Source: an uncultured Thermoplasmata archaeon
GTDB taxonomy: Archaea; Thermoplasmatota; Thermoplasmata; UBA10834
DNA: 64,000 bases
Assembly (NCBI GenBank): GCA_963719945.1
Contig: CAVRDX010000001.1
Coordinates: 512,001-576,000 of the forward strand
Reading direction: 5' to 3'
Shown: positions 29,221 to 39,188 of the stretch, piece by piece
Numbering within the stretch: position 1 is the stretch's first letter
How the letters are laid out: every line of letters begins with the position of its first letter
Notes under the pieces: generated by a model
The model's input: the letters and a program-made list of their open reading frames with translations, nothing else
Told to the model about the DNA's origin: nothing
Database searches by the model: none
Made by a program: the position numbers and the translations under genes

Positions 29221-30501
29221 ATGACAGGAACTTCAAGGATAGAAGGATTCTACAAGCTGAGCATCCCAGAGAGGCTCAAGATATTGAAAGAATTCGCGAC
29301 ACTGACCGACGAAGAAGTCAATGCTCTAGCGGGGACCAACGGACTCAACGTCGAAGCCGCGGACAAGATGATCGAGAATGCAGTAGGTACCTTCTCGTTG
29401 CCACTTGGGATAGCCACTAATTTCGTCATCAATGGAAAGGATACCCTGATCCCGATGGTCATCGAAGAACCATCGGTGGTGGCCGCCGCGTCGAACTCCG
29501 CGAAGATAGCGAGGGAGAGGGGAGGTTTCACTACTAGCAGCACTCCCCCGATAATGATAGGCCAGATTCAGATCACCAACATCGATGATCCAGATATGGC
29601 CGCCAAGAGCATACTTGACAACAAGATAGCCATAATCGACCTCGCCAACAAGCAGGACCCCATGTTGATAAGTCTGGGGGGCGGCGCCAAGGACATGGAT
29701 GTCAGAGTCATTCAGACGATAAAAGGTCCAAACGTGATCATACATCTGCACGTGGATGTGCGTGATGCCATGGGGGCCAACGCTGTTAACACGATGGCTG
29801 AGGCAGTGGCTCCGCTTGCTGAGAAATTGACCGGAGGGAGAGTCTACCTCAGAATACTATCAAACCTCGCAATATACAGACTGGCGAGAGCAGAGGCTAT
29901 CTGGTCAAAGGAAGCTATCGGCGGAGAGGATGTAGTCGACGGCATCATAGAAGCCTATTCGTTCGCTGATGCGGACCCGTTCAGATGCGCAACCCATAAC
30001 AAAGGAATAATGAACGGCATAGATGCAGTCATGATAGCGACTGGGAATGATTGGAGGGCGATAGAGGCAGGTGTCCACGCATATGCTTCGCTCAAAGGAT
30101 CGTATAAGCCTCTGACAATCTTCGAGAAGACCTTGGACGGTGACCTTCACGGCACTATCGAAATCCCAATGGCGGTAGGATTGATAGGCGGAGCGACAAA
30201 GGTTCACCCTACAGCTCGAGCATGCATCAGATTACTAGCTGTGACCAAAGCCAACGAACTTGCTGAGATCGGAGCAGCGGTGGGACTCGCCCAGAACCTC
30301 GCTGCACTGAGAGCACTCGCAACCATTGGGATCCAGAAGGGACATATGTCTCTTCATGCCAGGAATATAGTGGCCAGTGTCGGTTGTCCTCCGGAGCTGA
30401 TGCTGGAGGCCGTTGACATAATCGTAGGAGAACGCAAGATACGCATGGATAGGGCCAAGGAAGTCGTAGATGAGCTTAAACGAAAAAGGGGCCTCGGTTG
30501 A
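29221..30501 (+). CDS. hmgA: HMG-CoA reductase, class II
   Basis: MIENAVG, EEPSVVAA, DAMGANAVN, THNKGIMNG, GIQKGHMSLH. Confidence 0.93.
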   Translation: MTGTSRIEGFYKLSIPERLKILKEFATLTDEEVNALAGTNGLNVEAADKMIENAVGTFSLPLGIATNFVINGKDTLIPMVIEEPSVVAAASNSAKIARERGGFTTSSTPPIMIGQIQITNIDDPDMAAKSILDNKIAIIDLANKQDPMLISLGGGAKDMDVRVIQTIKGPNVIIHLHVDVRDAMGANAVNTMAEAVAPLAEKLTGGRVYLRILSNLAIYRLARAEAIWSKEAIGGEDVVDGIIEAYSFADADPFRCATHNKGIMNGIDAVMIATGNDWRAIEAGVHAYASLKGSYKPLTIFEKTLDGDLHGTIEIPMAVGLIGGATKVHPTARACIRLLAVTKANELAEIGAAVGLAQNLAALRALATIGIQKGHMSLHARNIVASVGCPPELMLEAVDIIVGERKIRMDRAKEVVDELKRKRGLG

Positions 30502-30566
30502 TTTATTATCTCTGGGGGCCAGGCAAAGCATATATGCCCATATAGGTGATAATCAGGGGAGTGCCC

Positions 30567-31253
30567 ATGCCTACACAAGGCGATCTGATTGGATTGGCGG
30601 GTGTCTATGGCTATGTCTCGGCAATAATCATTATCACATGGGCATCAAGAAGCAGAATGCATAACCCGAGAAAAGTCCTCCACATCCTTACAGGAGGCAT
30701 AGTGTTCTTCTGGTGGACCTTTGAGTCCCGAGAGATCATGGCGTTCCTGGCTGCAGCGCCTTTCGCCATTCTGCTATTATTATGCTCTCCCATGTCCCCC
30801 ATCCGCAGTCTCCGTGAGAGCCCACTCGGAAGCCGTTCGTCAGAAGGCCATCCTTATGGCCTCGTCATGTATGCAATCTCATGGACATTGATTGCATACT
30901 TCCTGTTCGAAGACCTATTCGCAGCATCCATCGCGATAGCTGCCATGTCATTCGGGGACGGAATGGGAGAATTCATCGGCAAGAGATACGGAAAGATACG
31001 ATATTTCAATCACAGAACCCTCGAGGGAAGCGCAGCTGTGTTCATATCGACCTTCATCGCAATAATCATCCTTGAATGGTTCTACTTCGAGATGATTGGA
31101 TACTCTGGTGGTGGGGTACCGGACATGCTCATCCTTTTCGGATTGTCCGCTGCAGGCATCGTCACCTGTCTTGAGGCGATCACACCAGGCCAGATAGACA
31201 ACCTGGTCATACCACTCCTGGTTGGAGGTTACTTACACATGCTGGGGGTTTGA
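30567..31253 (+). CDS. SEC59/DGK1/VTE5-type polyprenol (dolichol/phytol) kinase
   Basis: RKVLHI, G.VMY, FGDGMGEFIG, RTLEGS, IDNLVIP; multi-TM. Confidence 0.85.
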   Translation: MPTQGDLIGLAGVYGYVSAIIIITWASRSRMHNPRKVLHILTGGIVFFWWTFESREIMAFLAAAPFAILLLLCSPMSPIRSLRESPLGSRSSEGHPYGLVMYAISWTLIAYFLFEDLFAASIAIAAMSFGDGMGEFIGKRYGKIRYFNHRTLEGSAAVFISTFIAIIILEWFYFEMIGYSGGGVPDMLILFGLSAAGIVTCLEAITPGQIDNLVIPLLVGGYLHMLGV

Positions 31254-31831
31254 GACTGAAGAGACTGATAGCAGTAGACGGACTAGATGGAAGCGGTAAG
31301 AATACGCATGCTTCGAGTATCAAGACCCTGATTGAACGTAATGGCGAGGTTGTTGTCATTAGATCCCATCCATCGGCCGGAAGACTGGGAAGGGCGTCCA
31401 AGAATGCCCTGCAAGGGGAAGGGCATGTCGCCAGGTTCCTTGCCACGATATTCTTCACACTAGATGTGCTAGTCTCAGTCAGATGGTACAATAGGAAGGC
31501 TGATAGCACGGTGATATTCGTCAGGTACATCCTAGGAACGGCATATCTGCCTCGAAGACTCGCCCCATACGGCTACCGTCTATTCAGAAACATGCTCCCA
31601 TTCCCTGATCTGGCGCTATTCATAGACATCGATCCTGAGATCGCCATCCGTAGGATAGAGCAGAGAGATCACACACGAGAGATGTTCGAGACAAAGGACA
31701 AGCTCGACAAGGTCAGACATACGGTCGGAAGACTCATCGGAGACGAATGGACTGTTGTGGACAATTCAGAAGATGGAGAACGAGCCTTCAGACAGATAGA
31801 GGAAATCCTAGGGGAAAGAGGATTCATCTGA
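31250..31831 (+). CDS. Thymidylate kinase-like NMP kinase (divergent)
   Basis: P-loop DGLDGSGKNT; FVRY in place of DRY; PDLALFIDIDP; overlaps the prenol kinase stop codon. Confidence 0.8.
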   Translation: MRLKRLIAVDGLDGSGKNTHASSIKTLIERNGEVVVIRSHPSAGRLGRASKNALQGEGHVARFLATIFFTLDVLVSVRWYNRKADSTVIFVRYILGTAYLPRRLAPYGYRLFRNMLPFPDLALFIDIDPEIAIRRIEQRDHTREMFETKDKLDKVRHTVGRLIGDEWTVVDNSEDGERAFRQIEEILGERGFI

Positions 31832-31850
31832 ATGCAGTCTCCGCCTTGGC

Positions 31851-32771
31851 TCAAATGCCTCTGAATACCTTCTCAGCATCCTTCAGCTTGCACTTCCTGC
31901 AATCCTTGTCACAGGGCTCGATATGGATTATGGCAGTGCTCCCTGGCAAAGCTTTCCTTATCTCTGTTTCCAGATGTTCCACCAAATCGTGACCATCCTT
32001 GACACTCAGGTATCTAGGTACCGTCAGATGTAGGTCGATCTGTCGTTCAGCACCTGACTTCCTAGCCCTTAATCTATGAAAGTCGACGAAATCAGTCGCG
32101 TGTTCGTTCATTACCATCTCGATGGCTGTGATCTCAGGATCTGGCAGACTGACATCGAGCAGTCCCTCCGTCGACCTCCTCGTTATGTCATAGGCCGCGC
32201 GGATGATGAAGAGAGCCACTATTAGAGCAATTACCGGATCGATGAGTTTCTCACCGGTTACAAATATGATTCCCAAAGCCACGAACACTCCGACAGACGT
32301 CCACACATCAGTCTTCAGATGATATGCATCCGCTTCCAGGGCGAGGGAGTCAGTCCGCTTCGCGACCTCCATTAGCTTCCTCGATACGAAGAAGTTCAGA
32401 ATCGCCGATATACCCATAACGACCATTCCGGCAGCAACGAATTGGACTTCTGCAGGCTTGGCCAGTCTCTTCCCGGCTTCGTATACGATCACTGCGGCGG
32501 CGACGAATATCAAAGCGCCTTCGATCATGCCGGATAGATTTTCGAATTTACCATGGCCGTACTGATGGTCCTCATCGGCTGGTTGAGCCGATTTCTTCAC
32601 AGAGTATCTGGCGATGACCGCGGCCACCAAATCAATCCCAGAGTGGATTGCCTCGGAGATGACACTTATGGACACCATCATCACTCCAACGACTAATTTC
32701 ATTACGACCAGGAACGTGTTGGAGTACACGGAGAGTCTGGCCACCGAAATCTTCTCTTCATTGGCGTCCAT
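31851..32771 (-). CDS. Cation diffusion facilitator (FieF-like)
   Basis: SEAIHSGID, HQYGHGKFE, ADAYHLKTD, IHIEP. Confidence 0.93.
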   Translation of the reverse strand: MDANEEKISVARLSVYSNTFLVVMKLVVGVMMVSISVISEAIHSGIDLVAAVIARYSVKKSAQPADEDHQYGHGKFENLSGMIEGALIFVAAAVIVYEAGKRLAKPAEVQFVAAGMVVMGISAILNFFVSRKLMEVAKRTDSLALEADAYHLKTDVWTSVGVFVALGIIFVTGEKLIDPVIALIVALFIIRAAYDITRRSTEGLLDVSLPDPEITAIEMVMNEHATDFVDFHRLRARKSGAERQIDLHLTVPRYLSVKDGHDLVEHLETEIRKALPGSTAIIHIEPCDKDCRKCKLKDAEKVFRGI

Positions 32772-32892
32772 CGGTCTGCTCGATTATCCTGCCGCTACTT
32801 AGGTTTTGCTGGGCTATCACAAAGGGATGGACCTTCCGAAACAATTATCATCAAAAATAGGGATAAGCAAGACGAGTTAGCGAGGAATTCTG

Positions 32893-34458
32893 ATGGCCGA
32901 CATCGTACCCCCCCATTTAGAGAATCTCACGATTTCAAAGCTGAAACGAATCGCTCAGGAATACAGCCTCAACATATCATCATGCAGACACAAGAAGGAT
33001 TTTCTTGCGATCGTTATCGCCGCCAGTATAACCGAGGAGCAGGTAGATAGGGCCCTTGGGAATGCGGAGGATCGGCCCGCACACCATGAATCGACCATAC
33101 AAGCCGAGGAGGAACGACTCAAAGAAGAAATCGAGGAGATAGCTGAGAAATCTTCCGATATCCCAGAACTTTCCAGACAGCAGAACCTCGATGTCGAAAG
33201 GAATATCGACCAGACGCTCCTGATGAGGCCATCATTCTTTGAGATAGATTCACAGGTCGAGACCGCGTGGACCCGAATGATGATGGGGGATTACCAAGAA
33301 GTGCTCAAGATGAGTCGGGATGCACGAACCAAGATGCTCGACAGGTTCAGTTCATTCCAACTATATACGACGGCTCTATCGATTAGAGCTGCCGAGAGCA
33401 TCCAGAAGGATCTTGCTCAGGCACAGGGGAAACCAATCGACACCAGATTCAAGACAGCGCTTGCCGAGGCCAAGAATGCATTCATAGATGGTAGTCCTCG
33501 GCGAAGAGAGGAGACCTTGGAAGAACTTGAGGGACTAGCGGCAAAGGCTTATGAGGCGTTCTTTGAGGGAAGCATTGCAGCTGCTTCGGAATTGCGGACA
33601 ATGTTGGCAGATTACGAATCCTTCGGGACGCAAGTGAGCGAATCAAGTCGCATTCTTGATATAGCGGAACAGGCAAGGCAGGCGTATAACATATCCGAGT
33701 ACAGCACCCTCGTCACACAGGCAAGAGAGATGGCCGAAAAGGCAAAGCTGGTCCGAACAAAGGAGATTGAAGAATCATTGGGATCTGTCAAAGCTGCTCT
33801 TGATGAGGCGAGGGAGGTAGGAGCAACTCCCAGCATGGGAGAAAAAGAGTTGGAGGAGGCGAAGGTAGCCCTGGAGAAACAGGCGTTCAAGAAGGCCATC
33901 GATCTTCTCTCTGCAATCGAGAGAACTGCTGACCAGGCACATCTTGAGAAAGTGGGAGACAATTCGATTCGGACACGCCAGGTCGAGAAGATCACCTCTG
34001 CCATCGAGAACATGGGGCCTGCGCTAGAGGAGGCCGCCTCATATGGACTCGAGGTGCAGCAGGGTTTGCTCTTCGTAAGAAGCGCCCAGACCGCGCTAAA
34101 TGGAAAGGACTTCGTCTCTGCAGCGAAGTACGCCAGACGGCTGAAGCAAGTCTCTGGACCAGTCAAATCCGATCTGGACAAGAAACGCATCGAGCTCGGC
34201 GTGGCTAAGAAGATCGAAGGCGCCAAGTGTGGAAAGTGCGGAGAAGAGGAGTTATACGCTCATCCTGACGGCATCCAAAAATGTAACAAGTGCGGGCATT
34301 CCTTTTCCCTAGCCCGCGTCATGGAACAACGAGGGCAGTCGACCGATATGAACCCGATCGAGAAACCGGTCTCTTCGTCCAGTAATGAATCTCAAAAGGA
34401 CTCTTCTGATGAGACCAAAGAGGGGAAGAGCACCATCACGAGGCTCCTCCGACGGTGA
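32893..34458 (+). CDS. Hypothetical helical-repeat protein with possible N-terminal HeH/Rho-N-like motif and C-terminal Zn ribbon
   Basis: LENLTISKLKRIA; long alpha-helical body; CGKC..CNKC. Confidence 0.75.
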   Translation: MADIVPPHLENLTISKLKRIAQEYSLNISSCRHKKDFLAIVIAASITEEQVDRALGNAEDRPAHHESTIQAEEERLKEEIEEIAEKSSDIPELSRQQNLDVERNIDQTLLMRPSFFEIDSQVETAWTRMMMGDYQEVLKMSRDARTKMLDRFSSFQLYTTALSIRAAESIQKDLAQAQGKPIDTRFKTALAEAKNAFIDGSPRRREETLEELEGLAAKAYEAFFEGSIAAASELRTMLADYESFGTQVSESSRILDIAEQARQAYNISEYSTLVTQAREMAEKAKLVRTKEIEESLGSVKAALDEAREVGATPSMGEKELEEAKVALEKQAFKKAIDLLSAIERTADQAHLEKVGDNSIRTRQVEKITSAIENMGPALEEAASYGLEVQQGLLFVRSAQTALNGKDFVSAAKYARRLKQVSGPVKSDLDKKRIELGVAKKIEGAKCGKCGEEELYAHPDGIQKCNKCGHSFSLARVMEQRGQSTDMNPIEKPVSSSSNESQKDSSDETKEGKSTITRLLRR

Positions 34459-34492
34459 ACATACAGCCATCTGAAGAGGGAATCCGATCGGA

Positions 34493-34996
34493 TCAGGCTT
34501 TCGGTGCCCCAGATTTAGTATTGTTTCCTTGTTCACGAGCCAGTCCGCGTATGATGTCTCCGCGCGTGACAATACCAACAAGGCTCTTTTCCTGGACGAC
34601 GGGCAGCCTGTTGATCTTGTTCTGGACCATCTTCATGATCGCCTCATTTATCGTGATGTCAGGTGCAACGGTGAAGACCTCTTTAGACATGATATCCTTC
34701 ACTTGCATGTTCCCGATCTCCTCGTAAGCGTCAATGATCTCTCTTTGAGTCACTTCCTCCTGGAAGGCGATACCAAGCGTGGAGATCGATGGAAAGATCA
34801 GCCTCATGTCTTTCTTAGTGGTCTTTATCGACCGGAGAACATCGACTTCGCTGAATATCCCTATGACAACTCCTTCACTGACCACTGGAGCGCCAGATAC
34901 GTTCAATTCCGCGAGTTTGGCGGCAGCATCCTTGACCAATGCATCTGGTGAGAGACTCATGACAGGTGAGCTCATCACTTCCCTGACCTTGACCAT
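34493..34996 (-). CDS. CBS domain protein
   Basis: VREVMS, GAPVV, RLPVV, GIVTRGDI. Confidence 0.9.
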   Translation of the reverse strand: MVKVREVMSSPVMSLSPDALVKDAAAKLAELNVSGAPVVSEGVVIGIFSEVDVLRSIKTTKKDMRLIFPSISTLGIAFQEEVTQREIIDAYEEIGNMQVKDIMSKEVFTVAPDITINEAIMKMVQNKINRLPVVQEKSLVGIVTRGDIIRGLAREQGNNTKSGAPKA

Positions 34997-35080
34997 AGTA
35001 TCGAATCCATTCAACTGCAGGAAAGCTATAAATCTTTTCTTCAGGCTTTATCATGTCTGAGAATCGGGAGCGTAAAGGCG

Positions 35081-36034
35081 ATGCGCACAAAACTGAAACC
35101 TATAACGGACATGGAGATCACGCCCGATATGAGCGTGAGCGAACTGACATCTCAGATGTTTGCATCAGGCGGATTCACTGCGAAGAAGCTCGGTCAAGCA
35201 TGCGAAATATTGCGCAGCATGCTGAAGGAGAAGAATTGCACGATCTTCCTATCCTTCCCTGCATGCATAATATCGACCGGCACGAGAGGGGTCATCAGGA
35301 AACTGGTAGAGGAGAAATTGGTCGATGTGATCATAACCACATGCGGAACGTTGGACCACGACCTCGCCCGCGTCTGGAAGAAATACTATCACGGCGATTT
35401 CCTCATGGATGACGCAGACCTTCACAAGAAAGGTATCAACAGGCTCGGGAACATCTTGATACCGAACGAAAGCTATGGTATAGTCCTAGAGCAGAAGATG
35501 CAGCCAATCCTGAGAGACCTATACAAGTCAGGAAAGAAGACCCTATGCAGTCGGCAGCTGGCTGAGGAGTTCGGCCTCCGCATAGAGGACAAGAATTCCA
35601 TATTGTATTGGGCATCGAGGAACCAGATACCGATATACATACCAGGCATAACGGACGGCGCATTTGGAGCTCAGCTATGGCTGTTCAGGCAGCAGCATCC
35701 GGATTTCACAGTCGATGTCCTCAAGGACGAGCAGGAATTGTCTGATATAGTATTCACCTCCAAGAAGGCAGGCGCTTTGATGATCGGCGGTGGAATATCT
35801 AAGCACCATGTCATATGGTGGAATCAGTTCAGGGACGGGCTAGACTATGCCGTCTACCTGACGACTGCAGAGGAATATGACGGTTCATTATCCGGAGCCA
35901 GGATACGTGAGGCAGTCAGCTGGGGAAAGGTCAAGGAATCGGCAAAATACGTCACAGTCGAGGGTGATGCGACCATAACCATGCCGATAATCGGCGTGTC
36001 AATGTTGAGTGCAAACAGGCCAGCAAGAGATTAA
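35081..36034 (+). CDS. dys: Deoxyhypusine synthase
   Basis: GGFTA, INRLGNI, GGGISKHH, DGSLSGA..EAVSWGK, GDATI. Confidence 0.94.
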   Translation: MRTKLKPITDMEITPDMSVSELTSQMFASGGFTAKKLGQACEILRSMLKEKNCTIFLSFPACIISTGTRGVIRKLVEEKLVDVIITTCGTLDHDLARVWKKYYHGDFLMDDADLHKKGINRLGNILIPNESYGIVLEQKMQPILRDLYKSGKKTLCSRQLAEEFGLRIEDKNSILYWASRNQIPIYIPGITDGAFGAQLWLFRQQHPDFTVDVLKDEQELSDIVFTSKKAGALMIGGGISKHHVIWWNQFRDGLDYAVYLTTAEEYDGSLSGARIREAVSWGKVKESAKYVTVEGDATITMPIIGVSMLSANRPARD

Positions 36035-36074
36035 TAGTGTTCAGTATGGTTACCTATGTAGGGGAGCGCTAGAA

Positions 36075-37142
36075 ATGAGTCCAAATGAAGGTGGTCCGGA
36101 AATACCCGTCACTCAGGACCTGGTTGCATTTGCAAGAGAGTACTTCAAAGCATATATGGACACCATCGAGGAGAAGAAACCGCAGACATATCCGAGGTTC
36201 GCTCAAGACGCGCCATATGCGATCCGAGTCTACATTCTCCCGAACAGCTGCATATGCATGATTTTCAACTCCGCCAAGGAACTTACCTTGAGCGGTGACG
36301 AGAAGGAATGGGATGAAGTCCAGGACATGATTGTAAAAGGAGTGGACCACTTCGCAGGGTTCTATCCTTTCGAAGGCAGGTCCCTAGGCGATTGGGCCAA
36401 GCGGGGAAAGCGCGATGCATTGAGAGACTTGCGCCTCCTCGACAAGTCGGAGCTTGCGCGGGCGGGAGCCGAACTCGAAGGAGTTATGGAGAACATAACG
36501 AAGATGATCAAAGCGAACCCCTGGCTGAGCAAGTCGGGCACTGAGGTCATCACCACCCTCAAGAATCTTGATGGACGAGTTCGGGGAGGATTCCCGACCG
36601 TCGATGCGATCGCGAACCTGCAATCGATGAAAGCATACACACCTGGCTCTGAGAATGTCAGCATAGAATTCCCAGACAGGGAGGTCCTCGACCGCATATT
36701 GGAGAGCATAAAGGACGTCGCAGCTGTCGAGAGCAAGCTAGATATGGTCGAGACAAGGATGTTTGAGATGGAGAAGGTAGCCCAAACACCCGACCCGTCT
36801 GACAAGCTCATCGACATAAGTGATCGTGTTGACAGACTCGAGAAACAACTCGAGAAGGTATCAAACATACTGACGATGCTCAATTCTAAGGTCGAAAGCT
36901 ATTTCTCAAAGACCGCGGAAAAGGAGCGTCAGGCGGACCTCGAGCTTCGAATAGAAGAGCATACATCCAAAGCGCTCTCTCACGAATCGAAGATCGCATC
37001 CTTGGAAAAGGAGGCCGAGAGCCTGGTCGCCGAGATGAAGCAGATGACGGTCAGGATGGATAAGGACATCCATGACAGCAGGAAGAGGATTGCAAGGGTC
37101 GAGAAGCATTTTGTGGATTTTGCCAAGCTAGTCCAAGAATGA
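36075..37142 (+). CDS. Hypothetical protein with C-terminal coiled coil
   Basis: 355-aa ORF with RBS; heptad-rich last ~140 aa. Confidence 0.75.
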   Translation: MSPNEGGPEIPVTQDLVAFAREYFKAYMDTIEEKKPQTYPRFAQDAPYAIRVYILPNSCICMIFNSAKELTLSGDEKEWDEVQDMIVKGVDHFAGFYPFEGRSLGDWAKRGKRDALRDLRLLDKSELARAGAELEGVMENITKMIKANPWLSKSGTEVITTLKNLDGRVRGGFPTVDAIANLQSMKAYTPGSENVSIEFPDREVLDRILESIKDVAAVESKLDMVETRMFEMEKVAQTPDPSDKLIDISDRVDRLEKQLEKVSNILTMLNSKVESYFSKTAEKERQADLELRIEEHTSKALSHESKIASLEKEAESLVAEMKQMTVRMDKDIHDSRKRIARVEKHFVDFAKLVQE

Positions 37143-37149
37143 GATCCTT

Positions 37150-38160
37150 ATGAAGCGGATATGTGTCCTCCCTGGTGATGGTATCGGACCTGAGGTGATA
37201 GCTCAGGCGGTCCGAGTTCTCGAATCAGTCACCGATGAGCTGGAATTCAAGTACTTGCCTATCGGTTCAGCTGCCTTCGAGAAGACTGGATGCTCCATCA
37301 CGGATGACACCCTGCAACATATGAGGGACGCTGATAGCTGCCTATTCGGAGCGGTTACCTCATCGATGGATAGGGGATACAAATCCCCGGTCCTCAGATT
37401 CCGGAAAGATTTGGACCTATTCGCTAATGTCAGACCGGTCAGGAGCCTGCACGCGTTGCCTGGTAAACTATACACGGACCTCATCATAGTCAGGGAGAAC
37501 ACAGAAGGGATGTATACCCAAGACGAGGCTGTGGACTCCGACGGCGTGACCACATATAGAAGGGTGTCTCGCCACGCATGCGAAAGGATAGTCAGGTTCG
37601 CTTTCGAACTTTGCCAGTCAAGGGAAAAGAGACGGATATGTTGCGTGCACAAAGCAAATGTGCTTCGCGAATCGGATGGACTCTTCCTGAAGATATTCAA
37701 TGAGATATCGGAGGACTTCAGTGAAGATATCGAAGCCAACGACCAACTAGTCGACTCAGCAGCCATGAACATTGTGACCGACCCAGCTAGGTTCGAAGTC
37801 ATAGTCACCCTGAATCTCTATGGGGACATCTTATCGGACGTCGCTGCAGGAATGGTCGGCGGCCTTGGATTCGCACCTTCGGGCAACATTGGACCATCTA
37901 ATTCTGTCTTCGAACCGTGCCATGGCTCGGCCCCAGACATCTCTGGAAAAGGGATTGCGAACCCAACCGCTGCGATTCTGGCATCGGCGATGATGTTGAG
38001 ACATCTGGGGATGGTTAGAGAAGGAGATTCTGTGGAGAATGCAGTCGAAAGCGCATATTCCTCCGGGAACCTTACAATGGACATCGGCGGATTGAATGAC
38101 TCAGTCAGATTCACTGACTCCGTCATCGCAGCCATTAGGAAGAATCCGTGTCCTCTATGA
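37150..38160 (+). CDS. Isopropylmalate/homoisocitrate dehydrogenase family enzyme
   Basis: LPGDGIGPEV, FANVRP, VRENTEG, HKANV, NLYGDILSD, FEPCHGSAPDI. Confidence 0.9.
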   Translation: MKRICVLPGDGIGPEVIAQAVRVLESVTDELEFKYLPIGSAAFEKTGCSITDDTLQHMRDADSCLFGAVTSSMDRGYKSPVLRFRKDLDLFANVRPVRSLHALPGKLYTDLIIVRENTEGMYTQDEAVDSDGVTTYRRVSRHACERIVRFAFELCQSREKRRICCVHKANVLRESDGLFLKIFNEISEDFSEDIEANDQLVDSAAMNIVTDPARFEVIVTLNLYGDILSDVAAGMVGGLGFAPSGNIGPSNSVFEPCHGSAPDISGKGIANPTAAILASAMMLRHLGMVREGDSVENAVESAYSSGNLTMDIGGLNDSVRFTDSVIAAIRKNPCPL

Positions 38161-38661
38161 CGACAACTCTTTCGCCCCTGAAGCGGGCCTGCGCAGACTC
38201 CTCAATTCCGAAACGATATATTTTAGGAAAGAAGAATCAGAGTATAGAGATTTGTAGAACGAGTACCTGATCCACAACAATGTCCCTGAAGCACATGCCA
38301 TTAGTATCAGCTCAGGTCCGGAGAACACTCCGAGTAATGAATCTTCCAACCAATCCATAGATATGTGGATCCCCCAGAATATCAATGGAACCGCGATTCT
38401 CGATGCGGTAGAGATGGGCCCTACAATCATTATGGATATTGGGCTATGTAGAAGAGATTTCCATTGACCGTCGGCATTCATCAGCGATTTTAAATCGAAA
38501 ATGCTGGCAATACCATTTGTCTTAGCATATGAATTCAAACCGAACAGGTGATCAACATCTATGATGACACCGAACATGAGCGCTACAAATGCATCATTCC
38601 TATCGAGAGATAGCAATTGTATCAGCAACAGGCTAACAGCGAGGTGTGTGATCGCCAGCAT
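38155..38661 (-). CDS. Membrane protein, YdjM/metal-dependent hydrolase-like
   Basis: TH, IDVDH, LLHS, HISMD metal-ligand pattern between TM segments. Confidence 0.65.
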   Translation of the reverse strand: MLAITHLAVSLLLIQLLSLDRNDAFVALMFGVIIDVDHLFGLNSYAKTNGIASIFDLKSLMNADGQWKSLLHSPISIMIVGPISTASRIAVPLIFWGIHISMDWLEDSLLGVFSGPELILMACASGTLLWIRYSFYKSLYSDSSFLKYIVSELRSLRRPASGAKELSS

Positions 38662-38849
38662 ATTCTGCCATCGGTCCCGTTTTCGAGAAACACCATTCTC
38701 ACGCCCAATATATCTCCGTATCGGCGATTTCGATCTAGACTGGCCAAGACCGACAGACACATCGAATCATCAATGAACCGATTTTGCTCATGATGATTAG
38801 ACGCAATGTTGCATTCAGCCATACTATATCGGCACAAGAAAAATCGAAG

Positions 38850-38934
38850 TGCGGGGGCTGAGATTCGAACTCAGGGACTCCTTCGAGACCAGACCCTCAA
38901 TCTGGCGCCGTTGACCGGGCTTGGCTACCCCCGC
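38850..38934 (-). tRNA. tRNA-Leu(GAG)
   Basis: GCGGGGG/CCCCCGC acceptor stem, CCAGA-TT-GAG-GG-TCTGG anticodon arm, variable arm, GTTCGAATC. Confidence 0.95.
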
Positions 38935-39188
38935 TTGATGGTGCTGGCATTCGGTCGATATATGTTCCCTCATTAAAGCCTTTCGTATCGATGAGTGCAT
39001 GTCACGCATCATAAACGAAGGCATGATGCACTATGAGATATCGAGCGGGCCAGTAGTCGCAATGAACATACATGTCTATCATTGTTCTCCGGATATCAGT
39101 AAATAAATACTCATTTGCAATACGGTGTACCCGAAGCACACAGTCGGAGCTAGCTCTGACCGTGGAAGCCAAACAGGGGAATGTTAAA

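Noticed and set aside
17039-38934. Integrated element at tRNA-Ile, tRNA-Ser or tRNA-Leu
   Set aside because: I saw no integrase, duplicated tRNA 3' end or obvious compositional shift.
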